Assembly (NCBI RefSeq): GCF_009914755.1
Contig: NC_060932.1
Strand: one strand, 5' to 3'
Source: the human T2T-CHM13v2.0 reference genome, Homo sapiens
DNA length: 64,000 nt
The notes under the pieces were generated by a model. That model saw only the letters and a program-made list of their open reading frames with translations, did not search any database and had not been told where the DNA came from. A program made the translations under genes and the position numbers. Numbering within the stretch: the first letter of the stretch is position 1; the number at the start of each line of letters is the position of its first letter. Shown here in pieces: positions 47,755 through 62,189 of this stretch.

Positions 47755-48080
47755 GTTTTTTGTTTGTTTGCTTGTTTTGGGTTGGTTTGGTTTTGGTTTT
47801 TTTAGAGATGGGATTTTGCTGTGTTGCCCAGACTGGAGTGCAGTGGCCATTCACAGGCGCTATCCCACTAGTGATCAGCATGAGAGCTTTGACCCACTTG
47901 GTTTCCAAACTGGACCAGTGCCCCACTTCTTAGGCAACGTAGTGGCCCTTTACTCTTTGGAAGTCATCATATTCATACTGAACTTAGTGTGGGCATCTGA
48001 TTACCATAGCACACACAGCCCAGATCTCCTGGGCTCAAGACATCCTCCCATACAAGCCTCTCAAGTGGCTGGGACTACAG
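47755..48080 (-). pseudogene. 7SL (SRP) RNA retropseudogene
   Basis: Contains the S domain absent from Alus (cccactagtgatcagca...ttaggcaac...gaacttagtg); degenerate tail at 47755-47803; 14-bp TSD ctaaatctagtgtt (47741, 48081); about 20 nt missing at the 5' end. Confidence 0.93.
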
Positions 48081-48429
48081 CTAAATCTAGTGTTATTGAT
48101 AAAAACTCCAGTGCCAATCTGAAACGTCTTCCTTTGTAGCATTTGCTTTGGTACCTAAGTTCCACAATATGTGTACATATGGATCTTTTTAAATTCATGG
48201 TGCTGGGTACTTCCAAACAGGATTTGTGGCATTCTTTACTTTTGCAATATTCTATTCTTGTATTTATTTGATTATCTTTCACCCTTATTTTACTTATTCT
48301 CTCTTATTGGATTTTATATTAGTTGATTTGAACCTTCTGAAATGAACTTCCATGCCTCTTTTTTCTTTTATCAAATTCTTTTCTTCGTTTTCAAGTTCTC
48401 CATTTTGATAGCTTTTTTTTTCACCCAGT

Positions 48430-48771
48430 ACAGTCAGGTGTCTGTATCTGTATCTGTGGATTCTACATCCATGGATTCAACCAACTGGCATGGAAAGTAT
48501 TTGGGAATAAAAATTTCACAAAGTCCCAAAAAACAAAACTTGATTTGCAACATGCTGAGTATTACATTGAATCCACATAAATGAAGTGACCTGTAGGCAT
48601 TGTTATTTGTTGTTCTAAGTAATTTAGAGGTGACTTAAAGTATATAAGAGGATGTGTGTGGGTTATATGCAAACACTATGGCATTTTATATTAGGAACTT
48701 GAGCATCTGTGAATTTCGGTATCTGGGGGCCGTCCTGGAGCCAAGACCCTATGAATACTGAGGGACAATTG
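48430..48771 (-). mobile_element. MER2/MER2B Tigger-derived element
   Basis: ta-cagtc...atccatggattcaaccaac...atactgagggacaattg-ta. Confidence 0.8.
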
Positions 48772-48975
48772 TAGTTCTATGAAGTGTTTTCTCCAAATAT
48801 CTGGAGACCCTTGGTTGGTAATTTCTGTTTAAGAATGAATGACCAGGTGGATTACCATAGATAGTTGGTGTGACTTTACTCTGCTATTGAGCTTCTTCCA
48901 TGAACACAAGAAGTGAGAACTCTATGTTTCCTTGCTTTTTTATTAATTCAACAAATATATAGGGTTGGACGTCTT

Positions 48976-49270
48976 TAATCCCAGGACTTTGGGTGGCTGA
49001 GACAGGAGGATGACTTGAGGTCGGGAGTTCTAGACCAGCCTGGCCAACATGGTGAAACCCTGTCTCTGCTAAACATACAAAAATTAGCTGAGCGTGGTGG
49101 CAGGTGACTGTAATCCCAGCTACTTGGGAGGCTGAGGCAGGAGAATCTCTTGAACCTAGGAGGTGGAGGTTGCAGTGAGCCGAGATTGCGGCCACTGCAC
49201 TCCAGCCTGGGCAACAGAGAAAGACTCCATCTCAAAAAAACAAAACAAACAAACAAAACAAACAAAAAAC
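48976..49270 (+). mobile_element. AluS, slightly 5'-truncated
   Basis: Starts at taatcccag; (AAAC)n tail. Confidence 0.9.
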
Positions 49271-50119
49271 CCCCCAAATATATTATAAGCACCTATTGGT
49301 TGTTCTGGGCAATATTGATACTACCATGGTGAGCAAAATATGACATGATTCTTACTTTCATCGATCTTACTTTTAGAAAGAGAGATAGTAATCAAAATAC
49401 ATTTAAATAAATGAATAATTACCCACTAACATGTGATGAAAAGACCACAGTTATATGAAAGCATATAATAAAATAAATTATTGTATTAGGATACTTTTGG
49501 CTGCTAGTGACAGAAACCTATGTGAAGCTGAACTGATGAAAAGGAAATTTAATGGCTTAGTGAAGAGTCCAGGTCTACAATAGGGATCTATCTCTTTTCA
49601 TCATTTGTCTTTTTTTTTTACTTTGTGTTGTTTTCATCCTCTAGTGGGTTCTCTTTAAGTGGTAACAAAGATGGCTACCCGTGGTCTGGGTTTACATCAT
49701 ATAAGCCTAGCAACTCCATTCTAGACAACAAAGCAACTTGCAACACCTAATTTAACTGTCTTCTATTGTTGAAGCAAACCCCATAAATAGATATCTTTCT
49801 CAATAATTTTGTAACAGTCCCTGGATTATGTTTCACTTACCTGGCTCTGCCACCTGTCTTCCTTAGAATCTATTACTTTGCCTGAGTATGGACTTTTCTG
49901 ATTGGTTATTTATAGATTATATGTGTATCCTGAGAGTTACGGGGTGGAGTGAGCCATAGGCCTTAGATAGAAGGAAGGTTGCTTCCACAAAGAAAAATCA
50001 GTCAAGACAATGAATGTATCATGGGAAGTGCATAACATTTGATTTTAGACAGAGTTGTATTCAAATTCCACCTCTGCTCTTACATGCCATGTGATCAGGG
50101 CAAAATCAGGGCAAATTAA

Positions 50120-50836
<717 letters not shown>

Positions 50837-51709
50837 GTTGTTCAAATTTGTTTGTGACATTCATTCATGTTGATTCATGTAGCTGTAATCCATTAATTTC
50901 TACTTTAACATAATATCCCAGTATATGAGTACGTTGTAATTTTTAATTCATTTTTTAAATTAATGGACATTTAAGTTCTTTATATTATTTTGTTATTAGA
51001 GATGCAATGTTTTGAACATTGTTGTGCATATCTATATGTAAATGTGCAAAGGTTTTCTCTAGGGAACATATCTAGGAATGGAATTACTGAGTCTTAGGGT
51101 ATGACACTTAACAGCTAGACTAGAATTTGTCAAATTGTTTTCAGAGGTTGTTATAATCATTTACACTCCTGCCAGCAGTGCTTAAGAATTCCCACTGTTC
51201 TTCATCATTTGATAACATTTTCACCATCTTAGAGGGCTGACAAATAGAAGATAGGAATATAAAAAAAAAGATAGTACAATGGAATAAGTGTTTCAATTTG
51301 TACAAAGGGAATGTAAAAGTAATGGAGATCCTTTATATCTACAAGCATAAAAAAGTGCAAGGGTAGAAGGGACAATGGGAGCTTTTTATCTTCAAGTTAG
51401 GGCAAGTGAAATCCCATAGTGTCCAGCTAATAGTTGAGACTGTGGCAAGTCCTTGATGTTTTTTCCATAGTTGATAAAATGCAAAAAAAAGGCACATTTT
51501 TTCTCACAGATTTTTTTTATGTGCCTGCTTGCCTGATTAGGAGAGAATTACTTTCAGAACTTTGTTCACAATGCCTAAGTTTTACCAATCACAATGACAT
51601 AATTCTCTTTGGTGTTCTGGATCTCTGCTACTTATGGAATACTATGTAGTGAGAGGATTTTTAATGATATATGACTTTTAATTTAGCATTACGTAGTGAT
51701 TTCTCTCTC

Positions 51710-52006
51710 TTTTAGAAACAAGGTCTTGCTCTGTTACCCAGGCTGGAGTGCAGTGGTGTGATCATAACTCACTGTAGCCTCGAACTCCTGGGCTTAAGTA
51801 ATCCTCCTGCCTTAGCCTCCTGAGGCTGGGACTGTAGGTACACACCACCACACTTGGCTAATTGTTTTTTTAGTTTTATGTAAAAATGGGATCTGGCTAT
51901 CCAGTGGTCTCAAGTGATCCTTCTGGCCTTCTAGCCTCAAGAGATTCTCTCATCCTTGACCTCCTAAAGTTCTGGGATTATAGATGTGAGCCACCATCCC
52001 AGGCCA
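51710..52006 (-). mobile_element. AluJ, rearranged left arm
   Basis: J-type right arm; partly duplicated ctcaag..tcct segment. Confidence 0.85.
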
Positions 52007-52018
52007 ATCTCTCTTTAG

Positions 52019-53633
52019 CAGGCAAATCTTGGAGATATTGTGTTCCAGACCACCTTAATAAAGCAAATATCACAATAAAGTGAGTCACATGAATTTTTTA
52101 GTTTCCCAATGTATGTAAATGTTATGTTTATGCTATACTGTAGTCTATTAAGTGTGCAATAGCATTATGTTTAAAAAGCCATATACATACCTTAATTAAA
52201 AAACATTTTATTGCTAAAAAATGCTCACATTCAGTTGAATGTTCAGTGAGTACATCTTTTTGCTAATCAAGGGCCTTGACTTGGTGTTGATAGATGCTGA
52301 CCGATTAGGGTGATGGTTGCTGAAGATTGGGGTGGCTGTGACAGCAATGAATTTTGCTGCATTGGTGGACTCTTACTTTCATGAATGACTTTTCTGTAGT
52401 ATGAGATGCTGTTTGATACCATCTTACCCACAGTAGAACTTCTTTCAAAAGTGGTCAATTCTCTCAAACCTGGCATCTGCTTTATCAGCTAAGTTTATGT
52501 AATACTGTTAATCCTTTGTTGACATTTCAATAATGTTCACAGCATCTTCACTAGGAGTAGACTTCATCTTAAGAAACCAGTTTCTTTGCTCATCCATAAG
52601 AAGTAACTTCTCATCTGTTCATGTTTTATCATGAGATTGCAGCAATTCAGTCACATCTTCAGGCTCCACTTCTAATTCTAGTTCTCTCGCTATTTTTACT
52701 ACATCTGCAGTTACTTCTTCCACTGAAGTCTTGAACCCCTTAACGTCAATCATGAGATCTGGAATCAACTTCTTCCAGACTCCTGTTAATGTGGATATTT
52801 TGACCTCCTCCCATAAACCATGCATGTTCTTAGTGGCATGTAGAATGGCAAATTCTTTTTAGAAGGCTTTCAATTAACTTTGCACAGATGCCCAGATCTA
52901 TCAGAGGAATCACTACCTGTGGCAGCTATAACCTTATGATTTGTATTTCTTAAATTATAGGACTTGAAAGTCAGAATTCCTCCTGGATTCATGGGCTGCA
53001 GAATGGATGTTGTGTTAGCAGGGATGAAAACAACATTAATCTCCTTGCACACTTCCATGAGAACTCTTGAGTGACCAGGTGCATTGCCAATGAGCAGTAA
53101 TATTTTAGAAAGAATATTTTTTCTGAGCAGTAGAAATGCTCAAACATTTTTAGCTTTTGATTTAAAGTAAAAGATATGCAACACTTTCTTTAACCTGAAC
53201 ACTTAGAGGCCATTGCAGGGTTATTACTTGGCCTAACTTCAATACTGTTGTGTCTCAGGGAATAGGGAGGCCTGAGAAGCAGAAGAGAGTTAGGGTAATG
53301 GCCGGTCAGTAGAGCAGCCAGAATACACACATTTATCCATTAAGTTCACTGTCTCATATGAGTAGGGTTTGTGGAGTCCCAAAACGATTACAATAGTAAC
53401 ATCAAAGCTTATAGACCACAGATCACCATAAAGGATGTAATAATAATAATAAAGTTAGAAATATTGTGAGGAATGCTAAAATGTGACACAGAGACACAAA
53501 GCAAGCACATGCTGTTGGAAAAATGGTGCTGATAAACTTGCTCAATGCAGGATTGCCACAAACCTTAATTTGTGAAAAATGCAATGTCTGCAAAGCACAA
53601 TAAAGTGAAGTGCAATAAAATGAGGTGTGCCTG
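52019..53633 (-). mobile_element. Tigger1 with both termini and an internal deletion
   Basis: Termini caggcaaatcttggaga / aataaaatgaggtgtgcctg-TA; transposase remnants [18 protein letters not shown] and [18 protein letters not shown]; discontinuity near 53133. Confidence 0.92.
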
Positions 53634-55414
53634 TATGTATATATATGTATGTGTGTGTATATTATCCATTAATTAATTAATTATTTATTTTACTTTTAAT
53701 AGTCAAGTTTCTTCAGCAGTCTGCAATTGTAACAGTGAGCGCAAGAGCTATGTTAATTGAAGGCAATGTGACCAAAACAGAAATTTCTACCTCATTAAAG
53801 TTTTAGTGCTGCCCTAAATCCACAGATTTTTTTTTATTTTATTATAAGCAACTGGAAAATAAGTGAATATTAGTTTCACTTAAATGTAACTAAAACTGGA
53901 TGACAGAAAATGTGACATTAATATGTGTTACTGGAGCAGGCTTAAGTTCCCATATTTGAGGGAAAAGGGTAAATTAGAATAATTTAGATATCAAATTAGC
54001 CTTTTAAGCAGTTTCTCCCCACTGGCTTGAGAGTTTAGGAATGATTTCCCAGAGAATCATGGAGAAACGTTTGTGATTGCTCTTATTAGAAATGTCATTA
54101 GCAAGTTTCTTGAAGGAGACACACTGAATAACTGATTTTCTTGTTGTGACAGCCCTCTTCGGACCCTGATTTAAAGCGATCTGCTTTCTTACATTAGTAC
54201 ATCATTTTGCAGTTGTGAAGAGTTACACACATTTTCAATAATGGTGACAATAATCTGTTTCATGCCCCCAACTCTGAAAATAAAGTTGAATTTGCATGGA
54301 ATGGATGAAGCATTTAAGACCAGAGTTTGCAACAAGAGCCTTAGTTTGGGTGCATAAGTAAACTGGATTGAATTCCTCAAGTAGTTCATACTACAATATG
54401 TGCAAGTGTGGAATATTCGAAACAAATGACCTTAAAGATGCTCTTTAATATCTCCCAAGACTACACTAAGTAGCTCCAGCTTGTCTGCCCAAGTTGCAAA
54501 TGGAGGTTGAGGAAATATAAAAAATGTTTAGGTAAGTCATCTGTGGTCAAAATCCTTATCAAGAAAAATCAACGGTGACAGCTGTATAGAAAAATCAATG
54601 AAGGGAAGGGCAATGGAGGAGGAGAAGGGAGTATAGGAAATGGGAGACTTGAATCCTCGCATTGTGCAAGTTAGGGAGAGCGACACACAGAGAGAGAGAA
54701 GGAGAATTAATTTGCTTTTCCTATTTGAGAGTGAACCTTTGGACAGAGGCCAGGATCAGCTGTGGAGGGCAAATGGAAGAAGGAGCTGCCCTAACCTACT
54801 GCAATGCCGAGCCTCACCCCCAGAGGCGGGACAGAGTTTGACTGTGCAGGCCTCACTCAAGTGAGAGTTGGAAAACAACTCCACCTCTAGCCGGGAACTA
54901 AACAGTGATCGCTGTGCAGGCACCAAGGTGGTGAACCGACTCTATGCAGACCAGGGTACACAAAGTAAGAGACACCCTCTCAGAGAGCATTTTCTGGATC
55001 TGGCAAGACTAGAACTTGAATTCTTCAGGTTTGCCACAGCAGCAGCAATGCCAATGTATAAAGGGAATTAAGAGTGCTCACGCCAGCCCCCTGGGACAGG
55101 ACAGTCAGGAGGACTGTGTGGACACGTGGTCCTCCTTATCTTTTGTGAGGCTGAGGCAAGAGAACAAATGCAGGCTTACCTGCCATTTACCCAGATATTT
55201 AAAAGTTATAAATCAGGAGAAAACATTTTGAAGTCAAATATGTTTTATCCTCTCGCCATGATAAATATACATTCATAATGACCTAAAAGATCCAGGCTAA
55301 TTTAAAATTCTTAGATGCCTTAGAATTTCCTATTATAATAGAATGTGGCTGACACAGTTCACAACGCTGCTTGTTCTGTCTGCCACCCCCAGCTCCATCC
55401 TATGCCAGGAGTGC

Positions 55415-55470
55415 TGTGTGTGTGTGTGTGTGTGTAAGTGTGTGTGTGTGTGTGTGTAAGTGTGTATGTG
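55415..55470. repeat. Interrupted (TG)n microsatellite
   Basis: (TG)n-TAAG-(TG)n-TAAG-TG. Confidence 0.9.
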
Positions 55471-56481
55471 GACCCCTCCACCTGCAACCCCAACTCTGTC
55501 CACAGCCCTCTCCCTTCAAGCAGCCATCTTGCAGGCACGACTCAGGCTTAGAGAAGAGTACATCCACGGAGTGATCTGCCCCACTATGAATGTGGCAGGG
55601 GAAGAGGCAGCTCTGGCCCTGTTCTGGAGGTCTGGGGTGTGAGCTCTGCCCCTGATCCTTGCTTGGTGGGAAGGGGTCTGGCTGCAAGGCCAGAGCAAGG
55701 CCCTCAAAAGCCTAGGGCAGGGCCAGGAATGGTACTAGGGATAAGACAGCACTTTGTGAAAAAATCGGAACCCAATGGCAGGAAGGGGCTTGGAGGCTGC
55801 TTCCCTTGCTTCTCAGCTGGGGAGTCCAGTGAGCTGATTTGCTGTAGGCAGAAGGGGCATTGGCATTCCCCTGCTCTTGCGATTTGGAGAAAGTCCCCAT
55901 TACACTAACTTTACAGCTTCTCAGTACAAAGAAATGTATTTGACTAAAATGGAAAATCCTGCTGAGATTTGAATGTCTGATATTTGATTCCACTCTCTTT
56001 CCTTTTTCAGTTCAGCCCAGTCTGTCTCCCCAATTCCTAATTCATACACCCTTGTTCGCATTCTCTTGAGACGTGTCCTCCTCCTCCTCTCCAATAGCAG
56101 ATGATTTTTGTTCCGGTTTCACATAGAATGTAGAAATCCCCCTGCCCCAAGCCCACCACCGTCCCCACCCGTGTGCTACATCTCTATTATTCCTCCTTGC
56201 CAAGTGAATTTCTCTGGCCAAAGCTGGTTCCACCAGTAGGGCTCTGAATGGTGTGTCCTCTTGCTTGCTCAGAGGCTCCCATCTGTCAGCAATCTCACCT
56301 CTCTCCAGCATTCTGTCTTTCACTCCCTTTTGGCTCTAACAGCACTTAAATGTATTCAACTCTCCCTTGCTATAGATGTCGACAACTTCCCTTTACCTTC
56401 TTCCTCTCAGCTACCTCCCCATTTTCCTCTTTCTCTCAATTTATTCAAAGAACTTCAAAGAAGCTCAACGGTGCTTGGCTA

Positions 56482-56487
<6 letters not shown>

Positions 56488-56512
<25 letters not shown>

Positions 56513-56620
56513 GTAGAGACGAGGTCTCGACCCGGCTGGTCTCGAACTTCTGGCCTCAAGAAATCTACCTGCCTCAGCCTCTCAAACTGCTGGGATTGCA
56601 GGCATGAACCCTGGGGCTGG
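56488..56620 (-). mobile_element. FLAM/Alu left monomer
   Basis: T-run followed by a single monomer. Confidence 0.8.
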
Positions 56621-56689
56621 TCTGGGGTGAGTTATTCAAAGAGCTGGAAGACAATGCCTTTCATTCAAGGCTTCCCTTGCCTTCTTAAT

Positions 56690-58040
56690 ACTTCTCAGAT
56701 CAGTAGTCTCCACTTGTCTCCACTCTCTCACTCTGCATTTATTCTTCAGCTTACTCGAATTCAGTCAGTCTCTACCATGCCACTCCAGCTTTCTATGTCA
56801 AAGTCATTGCAGGATCCACCCTACTGAATATGAAGGACAGTTTCTCAGTGTTTAGATCAGCAGCATTTGGCACCAGTATCTTTTCTTAAAATGCTCTCCT
56901 CTCCTGGGTTCCCTGACACCACATCCTGGTTTTCCACCTACCTGGCTTTCCTCCTGCTTAACCCCCACTGCTGATTCTTCTTCCTCCTCTACCCAATGTC
57001 TATTTCCACACTCCTGGGCTTTCCCGTGGGCATTCTTTTTTTCTCCATCTACAATCTCTCCACAGGTATCTCATCTGCTGTCATGGTTTGAAATGCCATG
57101 GATTTGCTGATTACATTAGAATTGATATTTCCAGCCCAGTTTTGTCTCTTGAGCAACAAACTTGTAAATCCTACTGCAGACATCTTCAATGCTGCCCCCT
57201 GCTCTCTCCAAAACCTTTTCTGCTCAGTCTCTCCAAAAACTCAGCCTTCCAACTTAGGAGGCTCACCTTGATTCCTCCTTTTTCTTCACTATTCACATCT
57301 AACTCTTCAGACCTATTTCTTGAAATCCCTCACTTCTTTCCAATTTCACTGCCACTAGTCTAATCCAAGCTGTCATCGCTTGGCACCTGTCCGCCTGGGA
57401 CAGCTTCCTCACAGTCCCTACCACTTCCTCTTAAGTTTATGTACCCATCCATTCACACACAACAACCAGGGAGATTTCAAAAATTTACATCAGCTTCCAC
57501 TATCCTGTCTGTTCTTAAAATCACAATCTTTTCTCTGGCCTTCAAGCTTCCTGGATGCTTGGCCTCTGCCTACTTCCCTGAGCTCATTTCATGTTCTCTC
57601 CTTCATCGTCATTGTGCACCAGGTGCACCATCTCCTTTTCTTTTTCGTAGTCACTCAAATTCTTTGCCACAAACAGTCTTTGTACTTACCTTTCTCTCTG
57701 TCTGCGATACTTTTTCTCTGGGCTTCTGGAAGTCCAGTGCATTTTCATTCTTTAGACCTCAGGTGAAATATCACCTTGTCACAAAGGTCTTTCTCGGCCA
57801 CCCTACAGAGGTTAACCTCTCTCAGATATTGCATAACCATGTTGATTTCCTTGGTAGCACTTATCACAACCTGTCATTATATTATTTATTTGTTTAAATA
57901 TTTATTGTCTAGCTCTCCCAGTACAGAGTAAGTCCTATCAGGGAAGAATGTTTCTTGTCTTATTTGCCACTGTTTTCCCAGTGTTTAATGTAGCTTCTGG
58001 CACACAACAGGGATTTAACAAGTATTTGTTGAATTAATGT
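56690..58040 (+). mobile_element. L2, long 3' fragment
   Basis: cagcagcatttggcac...ttccctgacaccac...ctggcacacaacagg..aagtatttgttgaattaatg. Confidence 0.8.
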
Positions 58041-59715
58041 TTATCATGTGTATCATTTTCTGAATATCTATTGACCCTGGAAGGGTGTTATGAGTAGATA
58101 AGGAAGCGCAATATAAGCTGTCTGCCTTACTGCTATATCTGTGTTTAGTCATACCATAGTTATATCTTTTAGAATGTGAACTGCTAAAAAGTAAGACTCC
58201 TCTATGTGCATAGAGGGGTGGGCATAACTGAAGGCTTAAATAAATACCCTTTAACTATGATAATAGTGCTTTGTAGTCAATTATATTGGGTAGCTATAAA
58301 TACAGAATGGCAAATCAATCTTTTGAGAAAGAATTTACAAGTGTATATGACTAGTTTAACTTTGATTGGTAGCCAATGGATCAGCTATGAAACTTTTTTT
58401 TCTATTGGTTTTCTATTCACATCTCACGTTATCAAAGATTTTTTTTTAGTTCATTTGCTTAATTTTAATTTTACTTTTTTATTTCAATAGATTTTTGGGG
58501 AACAGGTGGTATTTGGTTAAATGAATAAGTTCTTTAGTGGTGATTTCTGAGGTTTTGGTGTACCCATCACCTGAGCAGTGTACACTGTACCCCACGTGTA
58601 GTCTTTTATCCCTCACCCCTCTCCTACCCTTTCCCCTGAGTCCCCAAAGTCCATTGTATCACTATTATGCTGTGGCGTCCTCATAGCCTAGCTTCTACTT
58701 ATGAGTGAGAACATATAATGTTTGGTTTTCCATTCCTAAGTTACTTCACTTAGAATAATGGTCTCCAATTCCATCTAGGTTGCTGCAAATGCCATTATTT
58801 CATTCCTTTTTATGGCTGGGTAGTATTCCACGGTATATATTACTATATGCCACATTTTATTTACCCATTTGTCGATTCATGGGCATTTGGGCTGGTTCCA
58901 TATTTTTGCAATTATGAGTTGTGCTGCTACAGACATGTGTGTGCAAGTATCTTTTTCGTTTAATGACTTTTTTTCCTCTGGGTAGATACCCAAGAGTGGG
59001 ATTGCTGAATCAAATGGTAGAGCTACTTTCAGTTCTTTAAAAAATATGTACACTGTTTTCCATAGTGGTTGTACTAGTTTACATTCCTATCAGCAGTGTA
59101 AAAGTGTTTCGTTTTCACTGCATCCCTACCAACATCTATTATTTTTTGATTTTTTGATTATGGCCATTCTTGCAGAAGGGAGGTGGTATTGCATTGTGGT
59201 TTTAATTTGCATTTCCTGGATAATAGGTAATGTTGAGAATTTTTTCATTTGTTTGTTGGCCATTTGTATATCTTCTTTTGAGAATTATCTATTCATGTCC
59301 TTAGCCCACTTTTTGATAAGACCGTTCTTTTCTTGCTGATTTGTTTGTGTTCCTTTTAGATGCTGAATATTAGCTCTTTGTCAGATGTATAGATTGTGAA
59401 AATTTTCTCCCATTTTGTGAGTTGTCTGTTTATTCTGCTGATTATTTCTTTTGCTGTGCAGAAGCTTTTTAGTTTAATTAAGTTCTATCTATTTATCTTT
59501 GTTTTTGTTGTATTTGCTTTTTGATTCTTGGTCATGAAGTCTTTGCCTAAGCCAATGTCTAGAAGAGTTTTGCTGATGTTATCTTCTAGAATCTTTATGA
59601 TTTCAGGTCTTAGATTCAAGTCTTTGATCCATCTTGAGTTGATTTTTGTATAAGGTGAGAGATGAAGATCCAGTTTCATTCTTCTACATGTGGTTGCCAG
59701 TTTTCCCAGCATGAT

Positions 59716-59823
59716 ATTTTTTTTTTCTTTGAGACAGAGTCTCACTTTGTCACTCAGGCTGGAGTGCAGGGATGTGATCTCGGCTCACTGCAACCTCTGC
59801 CTACCAAGTTCAAGCAATTCTCG
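59716..59823 (-). mobile_element. Severely 5'-truncated Alu in L1PB
   Basis: About 95 bp of right arm plus tail; TSD ccagcat(g/c)at (59706, 59824). Confidence 0.85.
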
Positions 59824-60129
59824 CCAGCATCATTTGTTGAACGGGGTGTCCTTTCAGTGTTTTATGTTTTCGTTTGCTTTGTCAAAGATCAGTTGACTCC
59901 AAGTATTTGGCTTTATTTCTGGGTTCTCTATTCTGTTCCATTGGTCTATAGGCCTATTTTTATACCAGTAACATGCTGTTTTGGTGACTATGGCTTTATA
60001 GTATAGTTTAAAGTCGGTAACATAATGCCTCCACTTTTGTTCTTTTTGCTTAAAATTGCTTTGGCTATGCAGGCTGTTTTTGGGTCCATATGAATTTTAG
60101 GATTTTTTTTCTAGTTCTGTGAAGAATAA

Positions 60130-60447
<318 letters not shown>

Positions 60448-61912
60448 TGATGGGAATTGCATTGAATTTGTAGATTGCTTTTGGCAGTATGGTCATTTTC
60501 ATAAGATTGATTCTAAATATCCATGAGCATGGGATGTGTTTCCATTTGTTTGTGTCATCTATGATTTCTTACAGCAGTCTTTTGTAGTTTTTCTCGTGGA
60601 GGTCTTTCACTTCCTTGGTTAAAGATATTCCTAAGTATTTTATTTGTTTTACAGCTATTGTAAAAGGAGTTGAGTTCCCTATTTTCAGCTTGTTCACTAT
60701 TGGTGTATTGCAGGGCTACTGATTTTGTGTACATTAATTTTGTATCTGTAAAGTTTGCTCAATGTTTTTTATCAGTTCTAGGAGCTTTTTGGATGAGTCT
60801 TTAGGGTTTTCCAGGTATACAATTATGTCATCAGCAAACAGTGACAGTTTGGCACCCTCTTTACTAATTTGGATGCCCTTTATTTATTTCTCCTGTCTGA
60901 TTGCTCTGGCTAGGACTTCCAGTTCTGTGTTGAATAGAAGTGGTGAAAGTGATCATTCTTGTCTTGTTCCAGTTCTCAGGGGCAATACTTTCAGCTTTTC
61001 CCCATTCAGTATAATGTTGGCTGTGATTGCTATTTCTCTTATGGATCTAGCCACCCAGTGGAGCTACCAGGCACTGGGCTGGTACTGTGGGGTGTCTGCA
61101 AAGAGTTCTGTGATGTGATTCATGTTCAAGTCTCTCAGGCGTGAATACCAGCACCTGTTCCAGTGGAGGTAGCAGGGGAGTGAAGTGGTCTCTGTGAGGG
61201 TCCTTAGTTGTATTTTTGTTGTGTTGGTTAGCCTCCAGCCAGCAGGTGGTGCTTTCAAGAATGCACCAGCTGTGGTGATATAGGGAGGATCAGATGGTGG
61301 GTGGGGTCATATAGCTCCCAAGGGATTGTTTTTTGTCTTTGGCTACCAAGGTGGATAGAGAAAGACCCATCAGGTAGGGGCAGGATTGGGTATGTCTTCG
61401 CTCAGACTCTCCTTGGGTGGAGCTTGCTGTGGCTGCTGTGGGGGATGGGGATGGGTTCCTAGGAAAATAAAGTTATGTTCCCAGGGGGAGTATAGCTGCT
61501 ACTGCTGTGTCATACAGGTAACCAGGGAAGTTGGGGAAAGCCAGCAGCCACAGGCCTCACGCAGCTCCCGTGCAGCCCACAGCCCAAAAGTCTGGTCTCA
61601 CTCCCACGGTGTCCCCCACACCCCAGCAGCACCAAGTTTATTTCCAGGCAGCTAATGAGCAGGCTGGGAACTTGACCCAGGCTACAAGCCTCCAAGCTAG
61701 GAAAGCAAGCCAGCTCACAGTTCCTTGGCTGTCCCACGGAGCCTGGAGTGGCAATCCACATCCTTCAGAGGGTCTGTGGCTTCTCTTGGATCTCCTGGTA
61801 TGTTCCTGTGATAGTTCTTGGAGCAAAAGTTCACAGTTTGGGTCTCTACAAGCTGCTCTGTTTATCTGAGTGGGAACTGCAAGTTAATCCTGCCTTCTAT
61901 CTGCCATTCTTC

Positions 61913-62045
61913 CCCTGGCTAATTTTTAAATTTTTTGTAGAGATGAGCTCTCGCTATGTTGCCCAGGCTGGTCTCAAATTCCTGGGCTCAAGCGATCTTC
62001 CCACCTTGACCTCCCAAAGCAGTGGGATCACAGGCTTGCCACCAG
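61913..62045 (-). mobile_element. AluJ left arm/FLAM
   Basis: cctggctaattttt...ctgggctcaagcgatc...gggatcacaggc. Confidence 0.8.
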
Positions 62046-62189
62046 CATTGCCACCTCTAACCTCACCAAAATAACATCTTTAGGTTTCCAATAAGGCTTT
62101 TGAAACAGTAAGTTTCATGTATTCATTTTGTCTTCTAAGGGAAAACAGTAACAAGTGAAGAGCAAAAGACAATGTGACAGACAACTTCT

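Noticed and set aside
52619-53058. Functional Tigger1 transposase
   Set aside because: Fragmented frames, an internal deletion, and QPMD altered to QPMN.
54810-55100. CTCF motifs (cccccagaggcgg, ccacctctagccgg, gccccctggga)
   Set aside because: Each mismatches core positions; not supportable without a PWM scan or ChIP data.
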